Positions 27,351-36,063 of a stretch of 64,000 nucleotides of DNA are shown here, in pieces; the first letter of the stretch is position 1; each line of letters begins with the position of its first letter. The notes under the pieces were generated by a model that was not told where the DNA came from, did not search any database, and saw only the letters and a list, made by a program, of their open reading frames with translations. Location: the NCBI GenBank assembly GCA_028868715.1, contig JAGWUB010000002.1, positions 8,430 through 72,429 of the forward strand, in the 5' to 3' direction. This DNA is from Patescibacteria group bacterium. GTDB lineage: Bacteria; Patescibacteriota; Minisyncoccia; Phycocordibacterales; UBA9973. The translations under genes were made by a program, and so were the position numbers.

Positions 27351-28538
27351 CTAAATAATATCACATTTAAGCTTTAGATTACCAGTTGCTTTGATAGTAT
27401 CCATTTTAGGTACTTTCTTTTTGTTTTTAATATAATTTAAATACCCAGCAATGCCGATCATCAGTGAATTATCTCCCGTGAGTTCTTTTTGTGGCAGAAG
27501 TAGCTTAATTTTATATTGCTTGGCAAGCTTTTTCATCTCTCTTTGTAGGTGTATGTTGCAAGCCACCCCGCCACCGACGATGATAGTTTTGATTTTATAT
27601 TTCTCAATTGCCTTGGCTGTTTTGTAGATTATTGGTTCAATAGCCGCGTTTTCAAATTCTAGAGCAATTTGCATTTTTGTTTCCTCACTAATCTTGGGTA
27701 ATCCACCAAGGTCTCTAATCAAATAAAGCACCGCGGTTTTCAATCCAGAATAAGAAAATTTAAAATCTTTAGATTTCAGCATTGGGCGGGGAAGAGCGAA
27801 AGAAAAACCAATCTTTTCAGGGTCGCTGTCTCCGCGTGCTCGCGGAGCGCTCCCTCTCGGCTCGACAGCCTGCGAGAGACCCTTCGAAGATTGTTTTTCT
27901 TTTGCTCTTAATTCTTCCGCAAGTTTTGAAATCTGAGGACCGCCTGGGTAGTCCAAGCCTAGCATGCGGGCGACTTTGTCGTAGGCTTCACCGATAGCAT
28001 CGTCTAAGGTTTCACCAATTATTTCATACTGCATCCATTTTTTACTGACGATCAACTGTGTATGTCCACCAGAGACTAAAAGCGAAAGCATAGGTGTTTT
28101 CACTTTTTCAACTTTGAATTTTCCCTTATTAGTTTTTACATTTTTCTTTCCGAACACCGAAAGTATATGCCCCTCCATGTGATTGGTGGGTATCAAAGGC
28201 ACATTCCATTTTTTTGCCAAATCTTTAGCAAATGTAATTCCTTCCCACAGACACATTTCCAAACCGGGGCCGTAAGTCACCGCTACTGCATCTACAGGAG
28301 TCTTTTTTTTACCAAGCTTAGACTCTATCATCACTTGCTCAAATAAAATTGGCAAATTTTTAGCATGTTCTCGCTTGGCGAGGGCAGGGTATACTCCGCC
28401 ATATGGGATATGTTTTGGTATTTGCGAATTGGAAGCATCTGCCAAAATCTTAAAAGAAGCATTTTGAGTGCCTCCACCCACTTCCATTATGGTTATCCCC
28501 GTATCATCGCAAGATGTTTCTATACTTAATATTTTCAT
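27351..28538 (-). CDS. tsaD: tRNA N6-adenosine threonylcarbamoyltransferase TsaD (Kae1/YgjD) with a ~30-aa GC-rich in-frame insertion
   Basis: MKILSIETSCDDTGI, HMEGH, and FALPRPM…FSYSGLKTAV. The extra segment …KEKQSSKGLSQAVEPRGSAPRARGDSDPEK… is encoded by a GC-rich double-hairpin stretch at ~27795-27885. Confidence 0.85.
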   Translation of the reverse strand: MKILSIETSCDDTGITIMEVGGGTQNASFKILADASNSQIPKHIPYGGVYPALAKREHAKNLPILFEQVMIESKLGKKKTPVDAVAVTYGPGLEMCLWEGITFAKDLAKKWNVPLIPTNHMEGHILSVFGKKNVKTNKGKFKVEKVKTPMLSLLVSGGHTQLIVSKKWMQYEIIGETLDDAIGEAYDKVARMLGLDYPGGPQISKLAEELRAKEKQSSKGLSQAVEPRGSAPRARGDSDPEKIGFSFALPRPMLKSKDFKFSYSGLKTAVLYLIRDLGGLPKISEETKMQIALEFENAAIEPIIYKTAKAIEKYKIKTIIVGGGVACNIHLQREMKKLAKQYKIKLLLPQKELTGDNSLMIGIAGYLNYIKNKKKVPKMDTIKATGNLKLKCDII

Positions 28539-28623
28539 AAATTGTAGGATGATTATATCCTATTTGTGAGATTTTTTCTAATGAGTTATACTATCGTATT
28601 ATTAGGTATAATAAATACATTTT

Positions 28624-29109
28624 ATGAATACAAAAGAATTTTTTATTAAAACATTGAAAGATGAACAGAAGAAATTTAGAGACGTAATCGAGGCTTTGCC
28701 CGAGGATCAGTTTTCTCACAAGGTTCACGACAGAGCTCGCGAGGCAGGGAATCTAGCAGCTCAGCTTACAGCTCAATGGGAAGCAATTTCTGGAATACTA
28801 ATCAGTGGGGTTCCAGCTTTTAACGCTCATGCAATGAAAGCTAAAACTAGAGCAGAAATGCTTTCAGTTTTTGATACAGGATATAGCTATCTCTTGAAGA
28901 ATGTAGAAAATATTTCTATTGAAGATTGGGAAAATGGCAACGGCGTCCTAGATATGGGCCCAAATGGTAAATGGGAAGACAAAAAATATAATATGTCTTG
29001 GGGTTTTCTTTTTGATGCAATTCATCACCGAGGACAACTCTCTACATACCTTCGTGCGATGGGAGCAAAAGTTCCTTCAATCTACGGCCCTAGCGCAGAT
29101 ACTCAATAA
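28624..29109 (+). CDS. DinB_2/YfiT-like (DinB superfamily) metal-dependent protein
   Basis: Four-helix-bundle family signature IHHRGQLSTYLR near the C-terminus. 161 aa. Confidence 0.6.
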   Translation: MNTKEFFIKTLKDEQKKFRDVIEALPEDQFSHKVHDRAREAGNLAAQLTAQWEAISGILISGVPAFNAHAMKAKTRAEMLSVFDTGYSYLLKNVENISIEDWENGNGVLDMGPNGKWEDKKYNMSWGFLFDAIHHRGQLSTYLRAMGAKVPSIYGPSADTQ

Positions 29110-29121
29110 CTAAATTAATTG

Positions 29122-29193
29122 TGCGCGGTGAGGGGATTGAACCCCCGGCCTACTCTACGTCAAAGAGTCGCTCTACCACTGAGCTAACCGCGC
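29122..29193 (-). tRNA. tRNA-Val (anticodon GAC)
   Basis: The reverse complement GCGCGGT-TA-GCTC-AGTGGTA-GAGC-G-ACTCT-TTGACGT-AGAGT-AGGCC-GGGGG-TTCAATC-CCCTC-ACCGCGC-A. Confidence 0.85.
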
Positions 29194-29285
29194 ATGTAGT
29201 GATACTACATTTTTTTGGCAATCCTTTCAAGCCTCAAAATAAAGCCCCCATACGCAACCATTAGCAAGCTCTATAAAAATTAAAT

Positions 29286-30035
29286 TTATGGTGCAAATTT
29301 TTCTAATAGCTTGAGCTCGTCTTTAGTGTTTGGTTGCAGGCCTTCAATCAGGTGAGACACTGGTACTGCTTCTACCTTTTTATTTTGATTACAGGCCAAT
29401 TTGATAAGGTCAGTCAGGTAGTATTCTCCTTGCGCATTTTCATTCTTAAGTTTATCAATATTTTCCCACAGCCAGTCCGCATCAAAGGCATACATTGCCG
29501 GATTTAATTCTTTGATTAATTTTTCTTTTTCTGTGGCATCTTTGAATTCAATTATATCTACAACTTGTTTATCTGGTCCTCGTATTATTCTACCGAAGTG
29601 TCTTAGCCCAGATCTCCACTCTTCAAAATCTGGCACAAGTACTGTAGCTATGGTTATTGTTGGTTTTTTCTCTAGGTGTTTAGAAATTATACGCTCCATG
29701 GTTTCTTTGGAAATAGTTGGTTGATCAGTGGAGATAACCAATATTGTTTTATGAGCTTTGTGTACTGAACTCTTGGCTGACTTTACAGCGTGTCCAGTAC
29801 CGAGCTGTAGAGCTTGTTCAACGTAAATATGATCGCTGCCAAGCACTTCCTTTATTCTTTCTTTTTTATGACCAACGACAATTACGGGTTTAATAGTTAA
29901 ATTTAAACTTGAAACTGCATCCAGGACGTGTTGCAAAAATGGACGCCCCCTAAACATAGCAAGCGCCTTTGGGTCATCAGAATTCATGCGCTTACTTTTT
30001 CCTCCAGCTAAAATTATAATTTGAACATTTTTCAT
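29286..30035 (-). CDS. Sugar-1-phosphate nucleotidyltransferase (GlmU N-terminal uridylyltransferase-like domain only)
   Basis: IILAGGKSKRM…ALQLGTGHAV matches the GlmU/NTP_transferase signatures. There is no LbH acetyltransferase domain. Confidence 0.6.
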   Translation of the reverse strand: MKNVQIIILAGGKSKRMNSDDPKALAMFRGRPFLQHVLDAVSSLNLTIKPVIVVGHKKERIKEVLGSDHIYVEQALQLGTGHAVKSAKSSVHKAHKTILVISTDQPTISKETMERIISKHLEKKPTITIATVLVPDFEEWRSGLRHFGRIIRGPDKQVVDIIEFKDATEKEKLIKELNPAMYAFDADWLWENIDKLKNENAQGEYYLTDLIKLACNQNKKVEAVPVSHLIEGLQPNTKDELKLLEKFAP

Positions 30036-30050
30036 TAATCAAGATTAACA

Positions 30051-30638
30051 TTAACTTTCCCTTTTTTCAATTTCCTTTAGAATTTTCGGAATTTTTTTAA
30101 AGTCTAATATTAAAATTTCTCGCATTGAGCCATCATATAGTGCTGCAGCCGGATGATAAAGAGGTAAGAAATATTTGGTAGACATACCTTTAAATGGCTT
30201 TATCAATAGTTTTCCATGCGCATTTGAAATTTGCAGATCAGGGAAAAAATTATTCATTGCGTGGCGACCGAGAAAAATTATGAGTGCGGGCGAAATTATT
30301 TTTAATTCATCCAAAAGCCATTGTCGGCATGCTGATTTTTCTTCGGGCAGGGGATCACGATTGTTCGGTGGGCGATATTTTACGATATTAGTGATATAGA
30401 TGTCATCCCTTTTGAGATTAATTGTGGATAGCATTTCGTCTAGAAATTTTCCAGCGGCACCGACAAATGGCCGGCCAAGTTCATCTTCTTTTTTGCCTGG
30501 GGCTTCGCCAATAAACATAATTTGGGCAGTGGCACTGCCAAAGCCCGGTACTGCTTGAGTAGCTACTTTCTTTAAGTCACATTCACATTCCTGTATCCAT
30601 TTTTTATGGAGATTTTCTAGTTTTTGTTCCTTATCCAT
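30051..30638 (-). CDS. Uracil-DNA glycosylase, family 4 (Fe-S type)
   Basis: GEAPGKKEDELGRPFVGAAGKFLDEML is the family-4 UDG motif A, and the Cys ligands (ECECD…) are present. Confidence 0.8.
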   Translation of the reverse strand: MDKEQKLENLHKKWIQECECDLKKVATQAVPGFGSATAQIMFIGEAPGKKEDELGRPFVGAAGKFLDEMLSTINLKRDDIYITNIVKYRPPNNRDPLPEEKSACRQWLLDELKIISPALIIFLGRHAMNNFFPDLQISNAHGKLLIKPFKGMSTKYFLPLYHPAAALYDGSMREILILDFKKIPKILKEIEKRES

Positions 30639-30667
30639 TGTTTACAATATATCAGCATAATTTGGAA

Positions 30668-31360
30668 TTACAAACCTTTTATAAATTTTTCTGCAGACTT
30701 TATATCTTCCTGGCAATTTACGGTTTCCCAAAATTTAAAGGTAAATGCTCGAAGGGGATATGTATCAAGATTTTCAAACAGTGTATGGGGTAGCCCTAGC
30801 TCGCCATCTCTGGTGGAGATAGGTAGAAAATCAAAAACTCTGTTATCAAAAATACCAAATCCATTAAAAAATACATCTTCAACATATTTTTCTGCGGTAT
30901 CGTGTCTTGTAAACCCTAAAATATTTTCATTTTCAATTTCAATTCCCAAATAACCCTTCGGCATAATTTTTATTGAGACACCTAACCCGATTGATTTCTT
31001 TTGTATGGCGTTTCTAATTTCAGATTCCATTAATAGATCATCGCCATTGCAGATACAAAAAAGCTCACCTTTTTTTATTAGGTCTTTGCAAGTCATTAGA
31101 GCATCCATGGTACCTTTTTGTTCTTTTTGGATTCGATAAAATACATTATGACCCCGATAATTTTCTTTAAAATACTTTTTGATTTGCATACCGAGCTGGT
31201 CATTTACCACAAAGATGACGTCAGTTACATTTTCTAAATAAGGCTCCACAACGTGTTTCAATAGTGGTTCACCTAAAATCGGAATCATTCCTTTGGGTAT
31301 TTTGTTTGTTGCTGGCAAGAACCTAGTTCCATTACCAGCTGCTAGGATTATGAGTTTCAT
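30668..31360 (-). CDS. NTP_transferase-family sugar-phosphate nucleotidyltransferase (short RmlA/GalU-like)
   Basis: LIILAAGNGTRFLP…KGMIPILGEPLL nucleotide-binding motif. 230 aa. Confidence 0.6.
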   Translation of the reverse strand: MKLIILAAGNGTRFLPATNKIPKGMIPILGEPLLKHVVEPYLENVTDVIFVVNDQLGMQIKKYFKENYRGHNVFYRIQKEQKGTMDALMTCKDLIKKGELFCICNGDDLLMESEIRNAIQKKSIGLGVSIKIMPKGYLGIEIENENILGFTRHDTAEKYVEDVFFNGFGIFDNRVFDFLPISTRDGELGLPHTLFENLDTYPLRAFTFKFWETVNCQEDIKSAEKFIKGL

Positions 31361-31457
31361 TTGTGGCTAAGTATACAGAATTTAACTTACTTTTTCAATT
31401 GTGATTAAAGATGTGCTATAATGGACGGATTAAAAGTTAGATAATTAAAATTAATTT

Positions 31458-31901
31458 ATGAAAAAAAATTCAATAATTATAATCGTAGTGGTTTTACTAG
31501 CTGTTGTCGTAATGTTTTTTGTTTTAAAAGGTTCTGGTAAAAAGGAAGAAAATAATTTAACAGCTCCAATAACTCAAAACAGCACTGGAGCTCAGCTGTT
31601 TTCTAGTTCACCCATGGCGCAATATGCTTACCTTATTTCTGGTCCTACTCTGGATTCGAAAGCGGAGGAAGCAACAATGGGTTTTACAATTACAAAAAAA
31701 GCTTTGCCAGATGGTTCAATGCAAATTACTCTTAACTCTCAAAACGCAGAATACAAGACTCAAACTTATACCGTAAAGGCAGGGGAGAAGCTTTACTTTG
31801 TAGAGAAATTCCTTGCGGATGATAGTGAAAATGCTGACAAAAATCTCAAAGATGATACCGCTATCCTCGTAGATGCGAACGGTTATATCGTTGCTCAATA
31901 A
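31458..31901 (+). CDS. Hypothetical secreted protein (N-terminal TM/signal peptide)
   Basis: IIIIVVVLLAVVVMFFVL signal anchor; no family recognised. Confidence 0.35.
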   Translation: MKKNSIIIIVVVLLAVVVMFFVLKGSGKKEENNLTAPITQNSTGAQLFSSSPMAQYAYLISGPTLDSKAEEATMGFTITKKALPDGSMQITLNSQNAEYKTQTYTVKAGEKLYFVEKFLADDSENADKNLKDDTAILVDANGYIVAQ

Positions 31902-31970
31902 GAAATAAATTAACTACACCATTGACAATAGCATGTAATAATGTTATTAATTTGCTTGGAGGTAGTAATT

Positions 31971-32273
31971 ATGAAACCAACAAGAGATAGTGTGTTGAGT
32001 TTTATAAGCGATTGGTCGGGTAACTCGGTGGAAAGTCTATTACAGAAGGAACAAAATCCATTGGGGACTGCACTTGAGGAGATTTGCACAATGTGCTGTT
32101 TAGAGTTTTCTAGAACTTTCGTTGTGATGAATCCAAAAACATTTACTCTCGGTGAATTGATAAATCAATTGATCGACGATGAGTACTACAGTAGTGCTCA
32201 GCGGTACCGAGAACTCGTTGAAATGGCCAGGTTGGCCGAGGAGAAAGAAATCGAGGAATCATTATGGGTATGA
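31971..32273 (+). CDS. Hypothetical small protein (100 aa from the MKPTRD start), locally GC-rich
   Basis: GGAGGT SD 7 nt upstream of the ATG at 31971. The track ORF begins 30 nt earlier. The 3' end overlaps the next small ORF (ATG within 32264-32273). Confidence 0.35.
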   Translation: MKPTRDSVLSFISDWSGNSVESLLQKEQNPLGTALEEICTMCCLEFSRTFVVMNPKTFTLGELINQLIDDEYYSSAQRYRELVEMARLAEEKEIEESLWV

Positions 32274-32494
32274 TAACAAATGATATTGCGGAGCAAGCGG
32301 CTTCGCAAGAGCAGCGTGTTGAGCTCTCACCGCAGGGTGAAGAGTCGGCGCTAGACATTGACCCTTATCTTCTCATCGTTTCCAAAAACGATGAGGAAGA
32401 CTCGTCCTTAGCTATTGCCCAAAGGGCAGCCTTCAAGGCGCGAGGAGGATATAGACCTCGTGGACGCCACGGCCGCAGCGGAGCAATAATTTGA
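32264..32494 (+). CDS. Hypothetical small protein with an Arg/Gly-rich C-terminal tail (…ARGGYRPRGRHGRSGAII)
   Basis: Translationally coupled to the upstream ORF. GC content is noticeably above the local average. No family recognised. Confidence 0.3.
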   Translation: MGMITNDIAEQAASQEQRVELSPQGEESALDIDPYLLIVSKNDEEDSSLAIAQRAAFKARGGYRPRGRHGRSGAII

Positions 32495-32512
32495 AATAGT
32501 GATCATCTAAAG

Positions 32513-32546
32513 AAAGCCGGCACCTGGAGGACGCCGGCTTTTATAA
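32513..32546. terminator. Rho-independent terminator (aaagccggc-…-gccggcttt + TTTT); probably bidirectional
   Basis: GC-rich 9-bp stem followed by T's; the complementary strand has an A-run/T-run as well. Lies between convergent genes. Confidence 0.5.
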
Positions 32547-32547
32547 T

Positions 32548-32901
32548 TTATATGTGACCCATATGGGTATCTTTAAAACCAGTGTCAAATTTTAGACCAT
32601 AGCCAAGTACTCTATCCATGCTTATATGTGCTATCCAGATAATTAAAATTGGTAAAGTTATGTAAATATGAAATACCAAGAAAATGATGAGCAATAAGAA
32701 AGGGGCGACATAAGTATGTCCAATATTATAAATTAAAGCTCCAATTTTTGAGTCTTTGAAATATCCAATCATAAATAAATCAGGAGTAAAGATAAGTATA
32801 AAAAATAGCCACCAGCTTACACCTATAATTGAGTAAGCCCATATGGCTGTGACCAGAAAGACAAAAGCCTCCAATTTTAATATAAGCGTTATTTTTTTCA
32901 T
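32548..32901 (-). CDS. DUF4260-like small polytopic membrane protein
   Basis: Four hydrophobic helices and a C-terminal …HISMDRVLGYGLKFDTGF… motif reminiscent of the DUF4260 family. Weak call. Confidence 0.35.
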   Translation of the reverse strand: MKKITLILKLEAFVFLVTAIWAYSIIGVSWWLFFILIFTPDLFMIGYFKDSKIGALIYNIGHTYVAPFLLLIIFLVFHIYITLPILIIWIAHISMDRVLGYGLKFDTGFKDTHMGHI

Positions 32902-32929
32902 TTACATTTTTTATTGTAACACAAATCTG

Positions 32930-33001
32930 TGACCCCACAGAGAATCGAACTCTGATTACCGCCTTGAAAAGGCGATGTCCTAACCGTTAGACGATGGGGC
33001 C
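32930..33001 (-). tRNA. tRNA-Glu (anticodon TTC)
   Basis: The reverse complement GGCCCCA-TC-GTCT-AACGGTTA-GGAC-A-TCGCC-TTTTCAA-GGCGG-TAAT-CAGAG-TTCGATT-CTCTG-TGGGGTC-A closely resembles bacterial tRNA-Glu. Confidence 0.85.
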
Positions 33002-33046
33002 ATAATTATTTATTTGCCAATGAAACTTACACTTTCTTTAACCTGT

Positions 33047-33101
33047 GCCTTCTAAAAAGGCGATGTCCACTATATTCTAACTTGGTTAGACGATGGTGCC
33101 A
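33047..33101 (-). pseudogene. Degenerate partial copy of tRNA-Glu (5' half through the anticodon arm, D-arm disrupted, no T-arm)
   Basis: ggcgatgtcc…ttagacgatggtgcca parallels the genuine tRNA-Glu 5' region (ggcgatgtcctaaccgttagacgatggggcca) about 45 nt away, with a 13-nt insertion and point differences. Confidence 0.4.
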
Positions 33102-33163
33102 TTAACATAATGTATATTATATTATTTTTGAGAAAATCGCAAAAAGTGTTAGATTAAAGGCGA

Positions 33164-33250
33164 GGAGACGTGGCTGAGTGGTTGAAGGCACCAGTTTCGA
33201 AAACTGGCATCGGGGCAACTCGATCGTGAGTTCAAATCTCACCGTCTCCG
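33164..33250 (+). tRNA. tRNA-Ser (anticodon CGA), long variable arm
   Basis: GGAGACG-TG-GCTG-AGTGGTTGA-AGGC-A-CCAGT-TTCGAAA-ACTGG-[CATCGGGGCAACTCGATC]-GTGAG-TTCAAAT-CTCAC-CGTCTCC-G. Confidence 0.85.
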
Positions 33251-33316
33251 CATTGACTTGCAAAATTGCTACAGGGTATAATTGTATATTATAAAGTTTT
33301 TTAATTAAATAAATTT

Positions 33317-33763
33317 ATGAATACTAAAAATCTTATTATATCTATAGTTGTTATTTTGGTTGTAGTCTTAGGTTTCTATATTATTATGCGTAAAAATTCA
33401 GAGGCTCCAATGCCATACTCAACTTATGGCACTACCACTCCTTCGGTAGATAATTCTGTATCAAATAACACAACCCCTAAACCCGCCACAACGACTCCAG
33501 CAATCAAACCAGTTAGTCATAACGTAACTATTCAGAATATGGCTTTCAGTCCATCTTCTTTAACTATAAAAAAAGGGGAAATGGTAGTATGGACTAATAA
33601 GGATTCTGTCCCTCATACAGTAGTTGCAAACGATGGAGGATCAAAAAGTTCCACGTTAAATCCTGGGCAATCTTATGCTTTCACATTCAATAATGCTGGA
33701 AGTTTTGCCTATCACTGCGGTATCCATCCTTCTATGAAGGGTACAGTTGTGATTACTCAATAA
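33317..33763 (+). CDS. Secreted type-1 copper (cupredoxin; plastocyanin/pseudoazurin-like) protein
   Basis: N-terminal signal anchor and a Thr/Pro-rich linker. The C-terminal ligand set is H(PHTV)…C-x-x-H-x-x-x-M (YHCGIHPSMKG), typical of blue-copper proteins. Confidence 0.7.
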   Translation: MNTKNLIISIVVILVVVLGFYIIMRKNSEAPMPYSTYGTTTPSVDNSVSNNTTPKPATTTPAIKPVSHNVTIQNMAFSPSSLTIKKGEMVVWTNKDSVPHTVVANDGGSKSSTLNPGQSYAFTFNNAGSFAYHCGIHPSMKGTVVITQ

Positions 33764-33768
33764 AAAAA

Positions 33769-34698
33769 TTATTTAGTGTGTAAAAAAAGATAAATATCTT
33801 CTAGCGCACGGACAGCATCGCCAGCAGCGATGTTGTTTTGATGATAGAGGACGTCGGTGCAATCTCCAGCTGCCCAAACTCCAGAAACTTCAGTTTTTTG
33901 ATTTAATGGATTTATTTTTACGCGTCCGATTTGATCCAGAGGAATCAAAGCTTTTGCAAAATCAGTATTTGGAATTTGTCCCACCTCTACGAAAATACCC
34001 GATACTTTCAGCTCTTTTTGCTCGCCGGTAACTTTATCTTTATAAACCAAACCATCCACAAACTTGTCTCCTTGTATTTCCAAAATATCTACATTTTTGA
34101 TTGCTTTCATTTTTGGATTTTTCAAAACCTTCTCCACCGTAATTTCATCGGCGCGAAAATCTCCTCGAGCAAGCAAAGTCACTGATTTACAGTAGGCGAG
34201 TAGTTGGGCCGCAGTTTCAAATCCAGCATTACCTCCACCGACTACAGCTACATCCATATCTGAGAATAATGGTCCATCACATGAGGCGCAGTAGGTGAGT
34301 CCTTTATGCTCTAGTTGGTCGGCATTTTTGGCTTCTAATTTTCTGCGTCCACTACCACTAGCTATTAAAATTGTTTTTGTTAAAAATTTTTCTCCTGATT
34401 CGCTAGCAACTTCAAAAATGTCCCCATTCTTGGATATGGCAATTGCTTTTTCACCTTCTTTTATTTCCAAGGTTTGACCCTCGCCAGTATTCGCCAGCAC
34501 ATGGGCTTTGAAATTTGCGGCTAAATCGTTCCCAGACAGCGTTGTAGTCCCAATCCAGTTGCTAATTTGTTCTGAGACAATAGATTGTCCACCCCATTCG
34601 TGTATTAGCATAAGGGTTTGCAGTCTTTTGCGCGCAGCGTAAACCGCCGCCGCTGTTCCAGCAGGTCCACCACCAATAATAATTAAATCGTAAGTCAT
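33769..34698 (-). CDS. trxB: Thioredoxin-disulfide reductase
   Basis: DLIIIGGGPAGTAAAVYAAR FAD site, redox-active CASCDG, and the VVGGGNAGFE NADPH site. Confidence 0.85.
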   Translation of the reverse strand: MTYDLIIIGGGPAGTAAAVYAARKRLQTLMLIHEWGGQSIVSEQISNWIGTTTLSGNDLAANFKAHVLANTGEGQTLEIKEGEKAIAISKNGDIFEVASESGEKFLTKTILIASGSGRRKLEAKNADQLEHKGLTYCASCDGPLFSDMDVAVVGGGNAGFETAAQLLAYCKSVTLLARGDFRADEITVEKVLKNPKMKAIKNVDILEIQGDKFVDGLVYKDKVTGEQKELKVSGIFVEVGQIPNTDFAKALIPLDQIGRVKINPLNQKTEVSGVWAAGDCTDVLYHQNNIAAGDAVRALEDIYLFLHTK

Positions 34699-34732
34699 AC
34701 CTTACATTATACACTAGGAGTCAAGTTTTTTC

Positions 34733-35914
34733 CTATTTCTTTCTGCGGAGAAATGCTGGAACAGCGCTCCAGTCATCAGCGTCATCATCTATAATGATAT
34801 CTTCTTGAACGTTTGTTTTTCTTACAAAATCATTGTTTGGTTTAGTTGTGGCTTGGATAGTGTTATTTACTTCTTTTTTAATCACGGCTGGAGTTTCATC
34901 TTTTACAAAAGTTTGACTCGTCAGACCGATGCCACCAAAAAGACTTTTCTTTGGCATGTCGGTAGGGAAGCTGGTAGCAATGACGGTAACTTTCAATTCT
35001 CCTTTCTTTAGTTTTTCATCGCGAATAGTACCAAAGATTACTTTAGCATCTTTATCGATTGATTCAGTGATTATCTTTGCTGCTTCTTGGATTTCTTGGA
35101 TTGTTAGGTCATCTCCACCAGAGATAGCAAAGAGAACTCCCTTAGCACCATGGATTGAAATTTCAAGGAGAGGGGAATTGATAGCCGCCACAGCTGCTTT
35201 TTCGGCACGTTTATCGCCGGAAGCAGTACCGATACCCATGAGGGCACTACCAGCGTCAGACATGACAGCTTTAATATCTGCGAAGTCAACATTTATGATT
35301 CCAGGGGTAGTAATCAGATCTGAAATGCCTTCCACGGCCTGACGTAAAATGTCATCGCAACTAGCGAAAGCATCTTTAAAATTAGTACTTTGATCAGCCA
35401 ATTGAAGCAGTTTATCGTTTGGAATTATAATAATTGCATCTACCTCTTTAGATAGTTCCTCAATACCTTTTTCAGCTATTTTCATTCGATGATTTCCTTC
35501 AAAGAAAAAAGGTTTGGTAGTGACAGCAACAGTGAGGATACCTTGCTCTCTGGCTGCACGTGCGACTATAGGAGCTGCACCAGTACCAGTACCTCCTCCC
35601 ATTCCACAGGCAATGAAAATCATGTCTGCTCCCTTGATCACATCTTGAATTTCTGATTTGGTTTCTTCCGCTGCTTTTTTACCAATCTCTGGATCCATTC
35701 CAGCACCGAGACCTTTGGTAAGATTTTTTCCGATATGTATTTTTTTCTCTGCGAGTGAGTGGTGTAGGTCTTGTGTGTCAGTATTCATGCAGATAAAGGT
35801 AATGCCTTTAACCTTGGAATTAATCATATGGTTAACAGCATTTTTACCTGATCCGCCTATTCCGACGACCATTATACGAGCAAAACTCTCTATTTCTTGG
35901 TTTATTTTTGGCAT
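34733..35914 (-). CDS. ftsZ: Cell division GTPase FtsZ
   Basis: [13 protein letters not shown] tubulin signature, NTDTQDL, and a C-terminal conserved tail peptide. Confidence 0.95.
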   Translation of the reverse strand: MPKINQEIESFARIMVVGIGGSGKNAVNHMINSKVKGITFICMNTDTQDLHHSLAEKKIHIGKNLTKGLGAGMDPEIGKKAAEETKSEIQDVIKGADMIFIACGMGGGTGTGAAPIVARAAREQGILTVAVTTKPFFFEGNHRMKIAEKGIEELSKEVDAIIIIPNDKLLQLADQSTNFKDAFASCDDILRQAVEGISDLITTPGIINVDFADIKAVMSDAGSALMGIGTASGDKRAEKAAVAAINSPLLEISIHGAKGVLFAISGGDDLTIQEIQEAAKIITESIDKDAKVIFGTIRDEKLKKGELKVTVIATSFPTDMPKKSLFGGIGLTSQTFVKDETPAVIKKEVNNTIQATTKPNNDFVRKTNVQEDIIIDDDADDWSAVPAFLRRKK

Positions 35915-36063
35915 AATTTTACTTAATTAACGATTTGGTTTATATATGGATGACCATATAACAACGGCACTCGGATATAAAGCAAGTAAACTTGACTCAT
36001 ACTCCTCGCTTGTTGTTATAAAACCATACTACCACTAGGGCAAAAAAAAGCAAACTCTCATAC

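Noticed and set aside
27782-27997. 71-aa plus-strand ORF inside tsaD
   Set aside because: It is antisense to a well-supported TsaD coding region. It arises from the GC-rich insert (low stop-codon frequency) and is not independent coding evidence.
34929-35342. 137-aa plus-strand ORF and other antisense ORFs within ftsZ/ftsA (34805-35930, 36098-37060)
   Set aside because: All are antisense to confidently identified FtsZ/FtsA coding sequence and are typical shadow ORFs.
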